DNA of 64,000 bases, taken from NCBI RefSeq assembly GCF_018350175.1, contig NC_058368.1:168704001-168768000 (forward strand), in the 5' to 3' direction. Position numbers and translations under genes: made by a program. The notes under the pieces were generated by a model. The model did no database searches, was not told the DNA's origin, and saw nothing but the letters and a program-made list of their open reading frames with translations. The DNA comes from Felis catus. Lineage: Eukaryota. Position 1 is the stretch's first letter; every line of letters begins with the position of its first letter. Below are positions 12,632 to 25,962 of this stretch, piece by piece.

Positions 12632-12834
12632 ATAATCCAAAGTCTCACTTTATTTTTACCATAATATTAGTGCTTTAAAGCTAAACTAATTTCTTTCTTG
12701 AGGCATTATTAATTTTGTTGTTGATTGTGTTGAAATATTATGTCCAATAGAAATGAATGAAACAAATGAACAGCATTGGAAAAATAAGTACAAATGACCA
12801 ATAGTCCTTTGACAATTAAGGAAATATCAATTTT

Positions 12835-13026
12835 TATTTTTATTTTTATAAAAATGATTATTTATTTATTTTGAGAGAGAGACAGAGAGCTTGAGCAGAG
12901 GAGGGACAGAGAGAGGCACAGAATCCAAAGCAGGCTCTGGGCTCTGAGCTGTAGCAGTGCAGAGTGGGGGCTGGAACCCACGAATCGTGAGGTCATGACC
13001 TGAGCTGAAGTCGGTCACTTAACCTA
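12835..13026 (-). mobile_element. Can-SINE
   Basis: Reverse SINE. TSD aaggaaata(t/c)caattttta. Confidence 0.9.
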
Positions 13027-13281
13027 CTGAGCCACCCAAGCGCCTCAAGGAAATACCAATTTTTAAAAAGGGAGGTATTTCACCTACCAGACTGGCAAAG
13101 ATTAAATAATTTGATAATACCCACTCTTATGTAGAGTATGGAGAAATAAGCCCTCTTACAAAGTCTTGGCAGAAATGTAAATTAGTGTAAGCTTTTTGGA
13201 GGATAATTTGGCAATATATATCAAAATTCAACTTGCTCATATCCTTTGAGTTAGAAATTGTATTTCTAGAACTTTAGCTTT

Positions 13282-13517
13282 TTTTTTTATTATTATTTAA
13301 AAAAAATTTTTTTTCAACGTTTATGTATTTTTGGGACAGAGAGAGACAGAGCATGAACGGGCGAGGGGCAGAGAGAGAGGGAGACACAGAATCGGAAACC
13401 GGCTCCAGGCTCTGAGCCATCAGCCCAGAGCCTGATGCGGGGCTCGAACTCACGGACCGCGAGATCGTGACCTGGCTGAAGTCGGACGTTTAACCGACTG
13501 CGCCACCCAGGCGCCCC
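13282..13517 (-). mobile_element. Young felid Can-SINE
   Basis: Diagnostic ctgcgccaccc and gacctggctgaag. TSD ctagaactttagctttt. Confidence 0.95.
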
Positions 13518-13579
13518 TAGAACTTTAGCTTTTAAGTAAGCAAAGATATACGTATAAGCATAACATGGTGGGTTGCCTT

Positions 13580-13770
13580 ATTTTGAATCCTGACAGAATG
13601 GGTTATTACTTCTGTGAAACTGGGCAGATTACTTAGTCCCTTTGTGTGTCATTTTCCTCAGATATAAAATGGTAATAATAATGGCACCCAACTCATACTG
13701 TTGTTGTAAAGCTCATGTGCATGAATAAATGTAGAATACTTAGATTAGTCCCTGGCACAAAGCCAGTTCT
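13580..13770 (+). mobile_element. MIR fragment
   Basis: MIR core pattern tgggcagattactt..cattttcctca..ataaaatggtaataata..ttgttgtaaag..cctggcaca. Confidence 0.7.
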
Positions 13771-14004
13771 CTGTATTGGTTTTTGTTGTTTTTGAATTAT
13801 TGCTTGGGTGGTTTTATACATTGAGGACTCCAAGCACAATGCTTAAGTTTTTCAGGGGCTTTATGGAATACTTGAGATCTGAAAACTTTTTGTTAATTCC
13901 TAAATATGAAAAGAATACTATGTTACATGTTATACTATGTCACTTTCATTAATTATTAAATTCCGTAACACAAAAATATTTCAAAATTCATAGGTTAGAT
14001 TTTA

Positions 14005-14057
14005 TTTTTTCTTCTAGTTAACATACAGTGTTACATTAATTTTAGGCATACAATAAA
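14005..14057 (-). mobile_element. About 50-bp L1 3'-terminal stub
   Basis: tagttaacatacagtgttacattaattttaggcatacaata resembles the L1 end at about 6150-6190. TSD gttagatttta at 13994 and 14058. Confidence 0.7.
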
Positions 14058-15112
14058 GTTAGATTTTAATATCTGCATATGAATGTGGATTTCTGAGAAA
14101 TCACATTTTAGTATATATGATATTAATTTGGGTAGAGACCAAGGACTATAAAGGTTTTAAAACAGTCCCTTTGTTTTGTCAAAACACTGGAAATATCTGA
14201 AATATTCACTCATTAGGGATTAGTTGAATTATGGTATATCCATACCATAGCCACCATTTTTCTATATTATGCATGTTTTAAATAGAGTAGGATAGGTTTA
14301 TATATATAAGACTGTATGGAAAGATCTTCAAAGTATATGATAAAGAGCAAAAACAAGTTACAGAGTAATTATTTATGGAATGAATCTATTAATTTAAAAA
14401 ATAGTACATATATATGCTTGTATATATGTAGATCATATATTGGAATGGAGGTGAATGGATGAGGTGAGTAGGGAAGCTTGTTGAGGCCAATGTTTATAGT
14501 AATGTTAAATAAATGTGGTTTTATTTCTCAAATCTTTGCAGTTTTATTGGTCAGCCTGACTCTCTCCAGAATATTAGCTATTTGTTTTTCCTCCTATTGT
14601 GTCAGTTCCTTATCCTTTCACTAAACGTTTGTCATTGAATCACGTTGCTTTATATAGTTTTAGAATAGAATACTCTCAAAAGCTCTATTTGAAAATGAAA
14701 ATATTTTATGGCCTGTGCTTCCCTGGGTTCTGTGGTTTTCCTGAGCCCATCCAAGAGCTGTAATAAGAAACAGTATAGGAAAACTTCAGAATCATTTTGT
14801 TTTGTTTCGCATTCCTTTATGTTTGTTTAAGTGGTCTGGTGACCCTGTCCTTTGTGAAGGTTCCATTAATTTGGAAGTGAGAATCATTAGTATTTGATTC
14901 CTGAAGAATTTTTCTAATAATGCAAGTCATACTGGCAATCTGCCAGACTACTGACTAGTAGTGACTATGAAACAAAGGAAAAACTGGACTACATTTCTAT
15001 TGGACTCTTCAAAATTTTTGGCTAGGTGTCAGATGTTTCAAATAATTAACATCTTTGTTGAATGAATGAGTGAATGAAAGGGTTTTATGGGGAGATTTCA
15101 AGGAGTTTTTGA

Positions 15113-15285
15113 ATAGTGGGTCTCATCATCTCTGGCTTTATGTCAGGTTCACTTAAGGAGCTTTAAAAAATACTGATGCCTGGGACCTAACTCAGAGCAA
15201 TTAAATCAGTAAGGTCTGTGCATTGGGATTTTTTATGAACTCTCCAGATGATTTTAATGTGTGGACTGGATTGAAAATCTGTGCC
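15113..15285. mobile_element. MER5-like hAT element
   Basis: Motifs ggagctttaaaaaatactgatgcctggg..caattaaatcag..ctccagatgattttaatgtg. Confidence 0.7.
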
Positions 15286-17205
15286 ATAAACCTGGTAAAA
15301 TTGTGTGTAGAAACGTGTGTGATACTTTCTGGGGGTGAGTCCTTGCACATTTTCGGAGGACTTCATGACCCAAAATGGCTAAGGACTGCTGCTCTACTGG
15401 AATATGTACCTTTTGTATATAAAGAGTGTCTTTTTGTTAAACCTTTCTAATGAATTTATGTTCCTCAAGTTGTATAGTGTTACTGGAGAAAAATTAGCAT
15501 TTTTACAATAGTATTACTGGAATTCCTTTTTGACTCTGTTTTTTCTTCTCCTCTGCCATACTTCTGGATCAGTGTTGAATTGTAAGATATTTGAAGCTCA
15601 AATAGATACCCTTTCCCTAAGGTAATATTTTTCACTTTGCTATTCATAAAAAGATACCTTTCATTTGGGGGGGGGGTATCTTGTTTTTGTTTTAGATTCC
15701 TAAATGTAACATACAAATTGCTGGTTTTATTAGTAGAAACTTACTCATAAATTTAATAATTTATATTCTTGGTTCCTATTTATGGTACCATGTAGATTTT
15801 TCTCAAATAAATGTAAGAGGTTCTGAGATTATTACACAACTAGTATTTATATCCAAAAAAGATTATACATTGTCACAGTCTGCTCCTTTTTCAGGCTTGA
15901 TGGAAATCTAATGTTGCAATAATAGTAAATGACTAAGTTACTGCATTTACCCATCTAAATATGTGCCACGAAGCATTTTATCATACTCTCATTATATGTA
16001 TCAACTGTATTTATAAAGGTGTGTATATATAGAAGAGTTAAATTCAATTGTTTATATGTTTATTTCCTTATAGGAAATTTTTTTGCATGGTAGATCAGGA
16101 TATGGTGGAGGGCTGCTTCCTCAGCCTCTAATTGTTTCTAGCACTGGATGCCCAAGATTGTACACTTCCCATCACACATGCATTTAGGTTGTATTACCTT
16201 CAGGCTTCAAACTGAGGTTGTTTCCTTTGTCTCTGTGATTTACAGCCTCTCTCCTTCCCCTTCATCACACTTCCCCCATCTGTGTCTGTTTTGAATCACT
16301 GTTCTGTGCCAAATTCTAGAAAAGAAAGTATACTTTATTGATTTTAATCATCCATTTATTGAGATTATATATGCAAATATTTCCTCTCATCTAATCACTA
16401 TTTAATTGAATAATTTGGAACTCAGTAATTTTAGTTCATCAGAATAACTTAAAGAAGGCAGGTCTATAAAATTTTGAACATTAGAAGAAGTTATGTAAGT
16501 GTCTATTACATTGGTTTTAGCATTTGAGATAAATGAGGCATCCATTTATGATCTGTGGCAAACTTAAAGCAGGGTAAATGGAGTTACTACCTATCAGTAG
16601 GTAATATATTTGAATTCCAGAAGATTGTGTTAAATACTCTTGTATTCTGAACTAAAGCCCAATCTCAAGCCTCATGTTTCCTGGTACATTTTTTCAAAAT
16701 TTAAAGTCAATGTGTTTAGCTTTTATAATGGGATATAGATAAGATCTCTTAATTGAAGAATGGTAATTATCTATGTAGAAAAGTAATTCCCTTGGATTTT
16801 ATGGGATATGAATTAGCAAACTAGTCTGTGGGCCAAATCCTGTTTGCTACTTACTTTTATGCAGTCTGTGAGCTAAGAATACTGTTTACATTTTTAAATG
16901 ATTAAAAAAATCAACAGAAGTATTATATTTTGTGACACATGATGATTATGTGAAATTTAAACATCAGACTACATAAATAAAGTTTTATTGGAACATAGCC
17001 ATGCTCATTCATTTACCTATTGTCTATGGGTGATTTGTTACTACAATGGCAGAGTTGAGCATTTGTGACAGAGACCATTATATGGTATTCCCATCACTTC
17101 ACACTACTCCTTGGTGCACTGCAGATCTCAGTGACACAGTTATAACTGAATAGCATTTTGAATGCCTCACATATTGCTGTACTACTGCATTTTAATGGCT
17201 TTTTT

Positions 17206-17429
17206 AAATTTTTTTAAATTTTTTATTTTTTTTATTTATTTTTGAGACAGAGAGAGACAGAGCATGAACGGGGGAGGGGCAGAGAGAGAGGGAGACACAG
17301 AATCGGAAGCAGGCTCCAGGCTCTGAGCCATCAGCCCAGAGCCCGACGCGGGGCTCGAACTCACGGACCGTGAGATCGTGACCTGAGCTGAAATTGGACG
17401 CTTAACCGACTGAGCCACCCAGGCGCCCC
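17206..17429 (-). mobile_element. Felid Can-SINE nested in the hAT fossil
   Basis: CpG-rich SINE. TSD ttaatggcttttt. Confidence 0.95.
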
Positions 17430-17529
17430 TTAATGGCTTTTTATTATCAGCTTGTGCCTATCATGTCAAAACAAAAAATGGGAGAACAGATTTTGAGTGT
17501 TATACTTTTAAAAAATTTAAAAAATTAAA

Positions 17530-17640
17530 AAAATTTTAATTCCAGGGTAGCTAACATATAGTGTTATGTTAATTTTTGGTGTGCAATATAGTGATTCAAC
17601 AAATCTGTGTATTACTCAATGGTCATCATGATAAGATGAT
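17530..17640 (-). mobile_element. Short carnivore L1 3' stub nested in the hAT fossil
   Basis: ttttaattccag..aacatatagtgttatgtt..gtgcaatatagtgattcaaca, similar to the L1 end at 6140-6210. Confidence 0.7.
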
Positions 17641-20393
17641 AAAAATCCACACTGGAGTGTGGATTATTTTGTTATTGAACTAGATGGGAAAATATTGTGT
17701 TTATTATGCAATGACAGTATGGCTGTGCTAAAATGATACAATACATGTTGACATTACCAGTGTAAATACTTATCTCAGTATTCCCAACTCACAGGAGAGC
17801 ACTAGTCAGAAAAATTAGAAAATTTAAATTGGAATACCTCATTACAGCAGACTTTCTTCAAAAAATATGAAAATAAGGATGCAACCAAAATAAGTTTCTG
17901 GGTGGTTCATTTGTTAACAGAGCAAGGAAAGTCATTTGCCAGTGAGTGGTGAAATAGTGTCTCACTGTAGCAATTAAGGAAATAGGAAATGTGTCTAGAA
18001 AAAATAAACTTGTTTATGTTTGTTAGTCTTTCAGTGAGAACATTTGCTTGAAGAATTAAGAATATTGGGAGCTACATCATTAGTTAATTTAAAAAGATAA
18101 ATGATTTCAAGTGGTTTTCCCTGTCTCTTGATAAGTTAGCAGGTGTGATCAAAACTGCTCAGTTTTTGTTTACTTGAGGAGTCAATGCCAAGTTTGAAGT
18201 TACTGAAGAATTACTCTCTATGAATAGTCTATGTGGGTCAACTACAGACAAGAATATGTCTTTTTTCAATTATCTGTCCTAGCCACTAGGACTTTGGTTG
18301 TGAGATATGCCTAACTCATAAGCCAGTCAACCTGTGGGACAATGGAAAAGCTAGAGATGGAATTCTAACTTCACAAGTAACTGAGATCTGACTGGTAAAG
18401 CTGATCTTCTGAAAGTGATATATACCATATCCCTGGCTCACACCAGCCTTCTGTGCCTTCTTTCTCTTGTTTACTGAAGATCCAGGGACTGGCTTCTTCT
18501 ATTTTCACTATCTGCTGCCACATATTTGTTGAAGGAGTCCACTCCCCACAAAACATGGCTGAAGATAAGCATATAGGACCTGAATGAGTTATGGTTCTTT
18601 AGTTGCAAGCAAAAGTAACCAATTCTGGAAAATTTAAGGAATAAAAGCCCATTATGAGAAGGTCATCAAAAGTCTCCCAGAAACAACAAGGCCAAGGACA
18701 TGAAGAGAAAGCAGGCAACTCTGTGCAGCAGGAACCTGTTGACCATAGCAGATAGTATCCACACTGCATGAATGAACTAGCACTCTCCCTGCATAAATAG
18801 ACTCCAGAGACTTTTTCTCCACTCCCAACTCCCTGCAAAAAAAAAAAAATACATATATATATTGTCAAAGAAGCTGAGAAAACAATCACTACAAAGTGAA
18901 GTGGACCGTCTTAAGATATATTACAACTGGAGGTGTTAAAAATGTATGGATCAGGAAGAGGCTTAGTTGAGCAAATTTACAAAGCTTGTGAAGATTTTAG
19001 GTGTTCAAATCATAGGGTTATTCATTGTATTTTTCATCAGCAGGTACTTCATGGAAAATATTTGATTCTAATCATATGTTCTTAAACTAATAATGTCAAT
19101 AATGACCTTCATTTGCTCTCATGGACTTGACCATCATCACTTCCATGAATTTTTTTTCAAAAACTGAAATTGAATATGTCCACTTGCCCTGTGCAGAGAA
19201 TTTTGATGGTTTAGAAGTAGTAAAGTTTTCTTGTGTCAGAGCCAAGACTGAAATTTTTCTAAATAATTAGTATTTCCCTCAACCACTGTTATTGAGCACT
19301 AAATTCCAAAAGCTTTGGAAACATTAGCATGTGCTAAAGATTTGAATATTTTCCTAATGAATCCAACCTAAAATTACAAGGTAACACAGTGCTTGTATGC
19401 AGAATTTATACTGTAGTACAAGTCATTTAGATGACAACTAATGTTATTTGAATCACAGGTAATGTCAGGCTATGTATATACTTTTTATGCCATCAAACAT
19501 TAAAACATGAAGCAGCATTACCATTCCCACCAAATTTGAAACTGGTATATTTTATTTTCTAAGCTTAAACTACATTTCTAGCAGTGAGTTTTGGACCTTT
19601 ATGTAAGTATTTTGGCATTTTAAAAATCCATAAAACTATGCGATTGAGGAGTTTCCACCTAACTTTCAGTTAGGAGTGAGGTGTCTGCAGTGTAATGACA
19701 TGCTAAAAGCCATGCAGTATAATATTATAAATGCCTTCTAAGCAATAACTGTACTCAATTAAAGTCATGTGCTTATGATTGATATTGATATTTGCAGGAC
19801 CCATCAATGTGAAAAGACACTTTCAAAGATGAAATAAATTTCATTATATATCTGCTTTAACAAGTGTACATTTATAGTTGTTTGATGATAAGCACTAACT
19901 TTGAACCCCAAGGAAGGGGAATATTATTACCCTCAAAATATCCTCAAAATAATATTAATACACTGGTATTACAATAAATTGTACCCATTTATTATTACAA
20001 TTTGAATTTTTCAATAAAATATTTGTGAATATTTGTTTTCTCTTTTGTTATGTTAATACCTACATTATACCCATAATTTTGCCTCTTGGTGGCAAAACCT
20101 AAAATGTTTATTTTTCCGACCTTCACAGAAAGTGTTTTCTGACTCTTGTAAGGAATGACACCAATTTAACCCATTAGACTGTTTGAATCAACCTTGTCAA
20201 TCAGTGGAATGATAAATACTGCAGTACTTCCATGTTTCAAGCAGAACTATGGTTTTATCAATTTTGGTTTTGGCTGTTCTCATGTATAGTCTTAGCTCAA
20301 GTTTGGTCTTTGATTGAACATACACTGCAATCATGTTAGGTTGTGTTAGGGGAATACTTTTTGTGTGAGTGAATGGTAAAGATTTGGAAATAT

Positions 20394-20606
20394 GGGGGGC
20401 GCCTGGGTGGCTCAGTCGGTTGAGCGTCCGACTTCGTTTCAGGTCACGATCTCACGGTTCGTGAGTTCGAGCCCCGCATCAGGCTCTGGGCTGATGGCTC
20501 AGAGCCTGGAGCCTGCTTCCGATTCTGTGTCTCCCTCTCTCTCTGCCCTTCCCCCATTCATGCTCTGTCTCTCTCTGTCTCAAAAATAAATAAACATTAA
20601 AAAAAA
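20394..20606 (+). mobile_element. Felid Can-SINE
   Basis: Full SINE. TSD atttggaaatatg. Confidence 0.94.
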
Positions 20607-20960
20607 TATTTGGAAATATGTAAAATATTGGAAGCTGGTGACATGTTAAAAGGATATTTTGATTAAGGGACACATGCCACACAGAAGAAGGCAGGTGGAT
20701 TTGTTGGTTGGGGGTAGATTAGGTTGTGTGTTAAGAGATGAATATATTTAATAGAAACTCCTAACATTTGGTTGATTAGGAGCTATCTTCTGTTTAATCT
20801 TGAGAAAAACTAATAAAGCTTTGTGTCATGGTATAGAAGGTCATTCATAAATTCTATGCTGCTGCAATTATATTTTACGAAAGAGATCACAAGAAATGTT
20901 TTATTTCTTCAATTTATGTTGCGGTAACAGGGAAAAAGAGATGTCAGAAAAGTTACTTCA

Positions 20961-21180
20961 GGGGGCGCCTGGATGGCGCAGTCGGTTAAGCGTCCGACTT
21001 CAGCCAGGTCACGATCTCGCTGTCCGTGAGTTCGAGCCCCGCGTCCGGCTCTGGGCTGATGGCTCGGAGCCTGGAGCCTGTTTCCGATTCTGTGTCTCCC
21101 TCTCTCTCTGCCCCTCTCCCGTTCATGCTCTGTCTCTCTCTGTCCCAAATATAAATAAACGTTGAAAAAAAATTAAAAAA
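20961..21180 (+). mobile_element. Young felid Can-SINE
   Basis: ggcgcag and cagccagg diagnostics. TSD aaaagttacttcagg. Confidence 0.95.
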
Positions 21181-21525
21181 AAAAGTTACTTCAGGCAGCT
21201 GTACCCCTTTTCCAATTATTTTTTTTAATTAACCCAAATGTCACAATGAATGTGACAGCATTGGAAATTTATAATTTATACTTTTTTAGGAAGTTAGGTC
21301 TCTGTAAGAGTGCTATAAAATTTAGATAATGATGGCCAATGATTTGAAGATAGAAAAGTTATTGTAGAAGTACCGAAAATTTGTTATTGTCTACAGTGTT
21401 TTTGGCTTTTGTTTTGTTAAATACATTAAATCTTTAAAAATTATCTAACTAATGCTTGCAGATGATAAAATCCATAAAATCTTACAAAAAGGGTGTACAG
21501 TGAAAATTGAAGCTCTCCTTAAAAC

Positions 21526-21745
21526 ATTTTTTTTTGATATTTATTTGAGAGAGAGAGAGAGAGAGAGAGTGCGCACCAGTGCGTGAGTCGGGGAGGAGCA
21601 GAAAGAGAGGGAGACAGAATCTGAAGCAGGCTCCAGGTTCTGAGCTGTCAGCACAGAGCCCATGCGGGGCTCGAACTCATGGACTGTGAGATCATGACTT
21701 GAGCTGAAGTCAGATGTCTAACTGACTGAGCCACCCAGGCGCCCC
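21526..21745 (-). mobile_element. Can-SINE
   Basis: Reverse SINE with (GA)n, ending gccacccaggcgcccc. Confidence 0.92.
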
Positions 21746-24700
21746 AAAGTTCTTTTTAAAGATACATTTCTACCTTCTGGTGTTAATTGGTTAAAAAAGT
21801 CATGTATTTTTCCAGACTGTAGAGACAGACATACACATGTATATAAATTGTTTTCTTGACTTAAGTGGGCTCATTCTATGCATACTTTTTTTGCATTACC
21901 CTCTTTTTAAAATATATACGAAATATTAATAGTGCACAGTGTTTTAATGCTTACATGTAAGAAGGTTTATTTAATGTAGTTATTTATAGATGGGTATTTA
22001 TTTCTAATTTTTTCTTTTTGCAAAGGGGTGGATACAGATTTTGGTAGGCTGAAACTTACAGAATTGGGGTGGGTGTGTATGTGTGTGTGTGACATCTTAA
22101 AACTCTAGTGACTTACAAGTGTAAAAGCAAGTGCAGACTCTGGGAAGAGATCTTGCAAGTGTGCTGCCTGTAGGTTAAGTGTTATTAGCATCACAGAGAG
22201 TTCACCTTTCGTTATTGTGATTTAAGCAGTGTTTCAACAAATATCTTTGTTTTTATATCTTTGTGTACTTGTTGAACTATATACATTAACTAAATTTTAT
22301 GAGGTGAAATTACTAATACAGAGGATATTAGTTGTTAAGTCCATACACTCAGGATCTAAGCTGCCTGGACTCTGACATGTTTTTCTAATTACCAGGTCTT
22401 TCACCTGGGACAAGATCCTTAATCTCTGTGGCTCAGTCTCTTATATGTAAATGGAGATAATAATGATGTTATAAGAATGTTATGGACTTAAGTACTTATA
22501 AAGTGCTTGAAACTATTAGGCATTTAGTAAATGTTAAGTATTATGTCAGTTTTGTGAATTTTTTTTTTTAAGGCAGTGTCATGACATTTAAATGTTTTGA
22601 GTCATGTTGTTTAAGTATAACACATTTACTCTAAAGATGTAAAGAATAAGCCATTTGGACTGTTACTAGTGTATTTGTATACAAACATATATAACAATGA
22701 CATCATGGTAAAGAGTGCTTTGCAAACTATCTTAACAGGTATTATGATATCGGTTCATAAAGTATAATTACTAGAGTGTTTTCCTCTTCACTGGATTTTC
22801 ACTCCAGGTTTTATTTAGGAGGATGGTTGTAAAGAAGGGAAAATCATTTCCCCATATAATTCCATTCTTCTAAGATCATTTGTCTTTTCCACTTTGAGTT
22901 TACAACTATGAATCTTTAGAGATGTAGAAATATTAAGAAGTTTTGACTTCAAAGACTTACTCAGTTTTGTTTTGTTTTGTTTTTAATTTAGAAAGACTTT
23001 TCATAAAGGTCAGTTATGCTAAGGCAGTCAAAAAATTAAAGCCTCGAGAAGAGGTACCAATTTCTTGACATGATCAGGAGCTAGAAAAGGTAGAAACAGC
23101 TAATATTATTATTCTCTTCCCTCTGCTCTCCTCATTTCCTTATTCTTATCTCCTTTCTTTCTTCCTTGAGCCTTCTGGCCTTCATTGCTAAATGTAGTAG
23201 GTGGTGAATTCTAGCTGACAGAACAGACCTGCCAGGGATCAGAAGTGGTGTTAGTTCTTGTAGGCCTTTGAGTTTCTAGTGCCTTTCAGGCTCTTTAGGG
23301 AATCTAGTAAGCTGTGGTAGGTTTCTTTCTTTCTGGTTTAAAGTTGTTATAGCACAGACCAGGAATTTGAGAAGAGAAATCAAAAGTACCAACCCATTCT
23401 TCTCACAAATGAGCTGACATGTACTAAAAAATTTAGCCTATATAAAACCTCAAATTTAATTTCTCTTTCAAAGCTTAGGTGATGTTTTTCAGGAGGCTAA
23501 AATGATTACTAAAGGAAGTAGAAAATATTAGCAGATTTGGATTTTAATATACGTACCTTGCCAAGGTACCAATGATGAATGGGGTCTAAGGTATTTAAAC
23601 TTGCCGATTGACTCTGGCTTTCACCTCTTTCCTCCTTTCCTAGCCTGTTTCAGAGTAAAAATAGCAAGTAAAAAGAGGGCAGTGCTAGGGAAACTGATAT
23701 TCACCACAATCAAATGTCTTCCCTTGTCCAAATGATAAAATACGAAGGAATCAATAATAGAATTTCTCATTTTTTTGCTTCCTTTTTGATATGTAGTGAT
23801 ATTACTACTGTTAAATCACATCCAATCAACATGTATGTACATATTTATGTGTATGCCTATGGACATACTTACTCTTGTACCAAGGATGATAAAAAAATAC
23901 AAGCTTATATTAATTTCTTATGGAACTGAAAATTTTCACATTTCTGAAAAATTAACATTGTTGGAAATAACATTGTTTTGAAGGGAAAAACTTTTACTTA
24001 TGCGTGGCTTCTCTATTTTTTATGTAGTGTGCTTGCAGTATTCCATTATTTTACTTGCCCTTAATTGGGAATAATGCATAAATAATAAAAAATGTAACCT
24101 GTTCTTGAGTTTTATTTATAATATATTCAATTCTACCTCTGCCTTGGGAGCAACATTATTGTTTTGCACCCACTGTTAACAAAATATTCTTAAAGGTGGA
24201 AGGCAAAACTTAAAGTTACTTCTGAGAAAAATGTTTTTTTTTTAATGAAACTAATAAAATTGGTTAATAATATAAGGTTACATGTATAGAGAACATGTTA
24301 TGCTTCAAACTCTGTAATAGTAACTTAAAAATATGCACAGAATCACAAGAACTCTTTAAATTAGGTGTTAAATTGATTCCTATCTTATTAACGGAGGAAA
24401 TGGAAGTTTAGAAAAGCTGAGTGAATATTGGAAGTGAGGGTGTCTGGTTCTAGAGCTGTTGTTTGTCACACAAGAATAAGGTGCTTTACAAACTGCAGTA
24501 GAGACATAAAGTGGTCAACACAAATACTTCTCTTATTCTGAGGTGGGAAGGTGAAGTGATTAACTTGATGATACAGCTGTTACAAGGAAAGGAGTCAGCC
24601 CTGTACTTCCAGTTATGTTCTTTGTCCATTTTCATACTAGACTGTCCTTTTTTCTAAGAGGGCTTTTGCTTGTAATTTGCACTGCAAATTATTTCTTCCC

Positions 24701-25424
24701 AGTTTGACTTTTGCTTTTGACTTTCTTTATCCTCTCTTTAACTTCCAATATATTTACATATTCGTAGAGTTGGATTATTTAATATTTTCTTTTGTATATT
24801 TTGGATTTCATGTTTTGCTATAAAAGGCTGAAGATAAAGATTTTATGTGATACAATAGCTTTCTGTGGTTTTTTTTGGTAGAAATATTTCTATTCAGGAC
24901 CAAATGCATTTTATGCAACCAAAAATGATCTGGGCTAAAGTTCATATTAATTTTGTTTATTTAATTGTGTTAATATCTATATGGAAAGTATCCCTAAAGC
25001 ATTAATATAGTGTATGAAAAGAGAAATAGCTTACTATCCACTTAAATTGCCATTCAGCTAAACCTCACTGTCTCTTCTTTAAAATAAGGATAATACTATC
25101 TGATTGGTTGTTGTGAGAAGTAAATGAGAGAATACATGAAAGAAATCCTGGATACCATATACTCAGTGCCTACTAAGTACCAGTCATTACACATACATTA
25201 CTGTATTTGATCCTCAAAACAATGCTTTGAAGCAGCTATTCCTGCCCTCAGATTACAAGTGAGAAAATAGATTTAATGAGCTTATGCAACTTGCTCAGCA
25301 TCTCTAAAAAGTGGCAGAGCCAGAATGTAAATACATGTTTGTCTGAAAATAAAAACCATGGTCTTTTCACTACACTCTTCCTGAAACATTATCGGTATTT
25401 ATTTGCTTAAATCCTTTTTTCTTT

Positions 25425-25629
25425 TTATTATTTATTATTATTTTTAATGTTTATTCATTTTTGAGAGAGCATGAGCTAGGGAGGGGTAGAGAGAGGGGGG
25501 GACAGAGGATCCAAAGCGGGCTCTGCTCTGACAGCAGGGAGCCCAATGCAGGGCTCAAATTCCCGAACCGTGAGATCATGACCTGAGCTGAAGTGGGACG
25601 TTTAACCGACTGAGTCACCAGGTGCCCCC
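25425..25629 (-). mobile_element. Can-SINE
   Basis: Reverse SINE body ending caggtgcccc. Confidence 0.9.
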
Positions 25630-25729
25630 AGTCCTTTCTTCTTTTTAAATTTTCTGTTTCTGTTTCCCTTTTTTATTAATGACTAAGACTCTCACTGTCC
25701 GAGAGTACTACTTGTGATTATTGAAATAG

Positions 25730-25880
25730 TCTTTTCTTCACTGTCCAGTAAGGTTGCCTGCCACTAGCCACATGTGTCTGTTTAGCACTTGAAATATGAT
25801 TAATGCAACCAAGAAACTGAAATTTTACTTTAATTTACTTTACATTAAATTACATGTGGCTACTGCTTTGGACATCACCA
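25730..25880. mobile_element. MER3-like hAT element
   Basis: Motifs ctgtccagta..gccactagccacatgtg..agcacttgaaatatg..gaaactgaaattttac..acatgtggcta..ttggaca. Confidence 0.7.
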
Positions 25881-25962
25881 CCTTAGATGTATGAATGTTT
25901 AGTGTGTTTGTATAAAGTGAGTATAATGTATTGATTAATAATGAGGAAACTGATCATTCTAG

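Larger units (their letters stand above)
16807..20148 (+). mobile_element. Near full-length fossil hAT-Charlie transposon (Cheshire-like, MER58-type ends) with three nested insertions
   Basis: MER58-like ends (gcaaact..gggccaaatcc; aaacctaaaatgttta..cacagaaagtgtt..gactcttg). Decayed transposase segments WSVDYFVIELDGKILCLLCNDSMAVLK (about 17653), DFKWFSLSLDK..AQFLFT*GVNAKFEVTEELLSM (about 18103) and IHCIFHQQVL (about 19019). Confidence 0.85.

Noticed and set aside
17460..19860. Domesticated transposase gene
   Set aside because: Numerous stops, frameshifts and insertions leave no long ORF.
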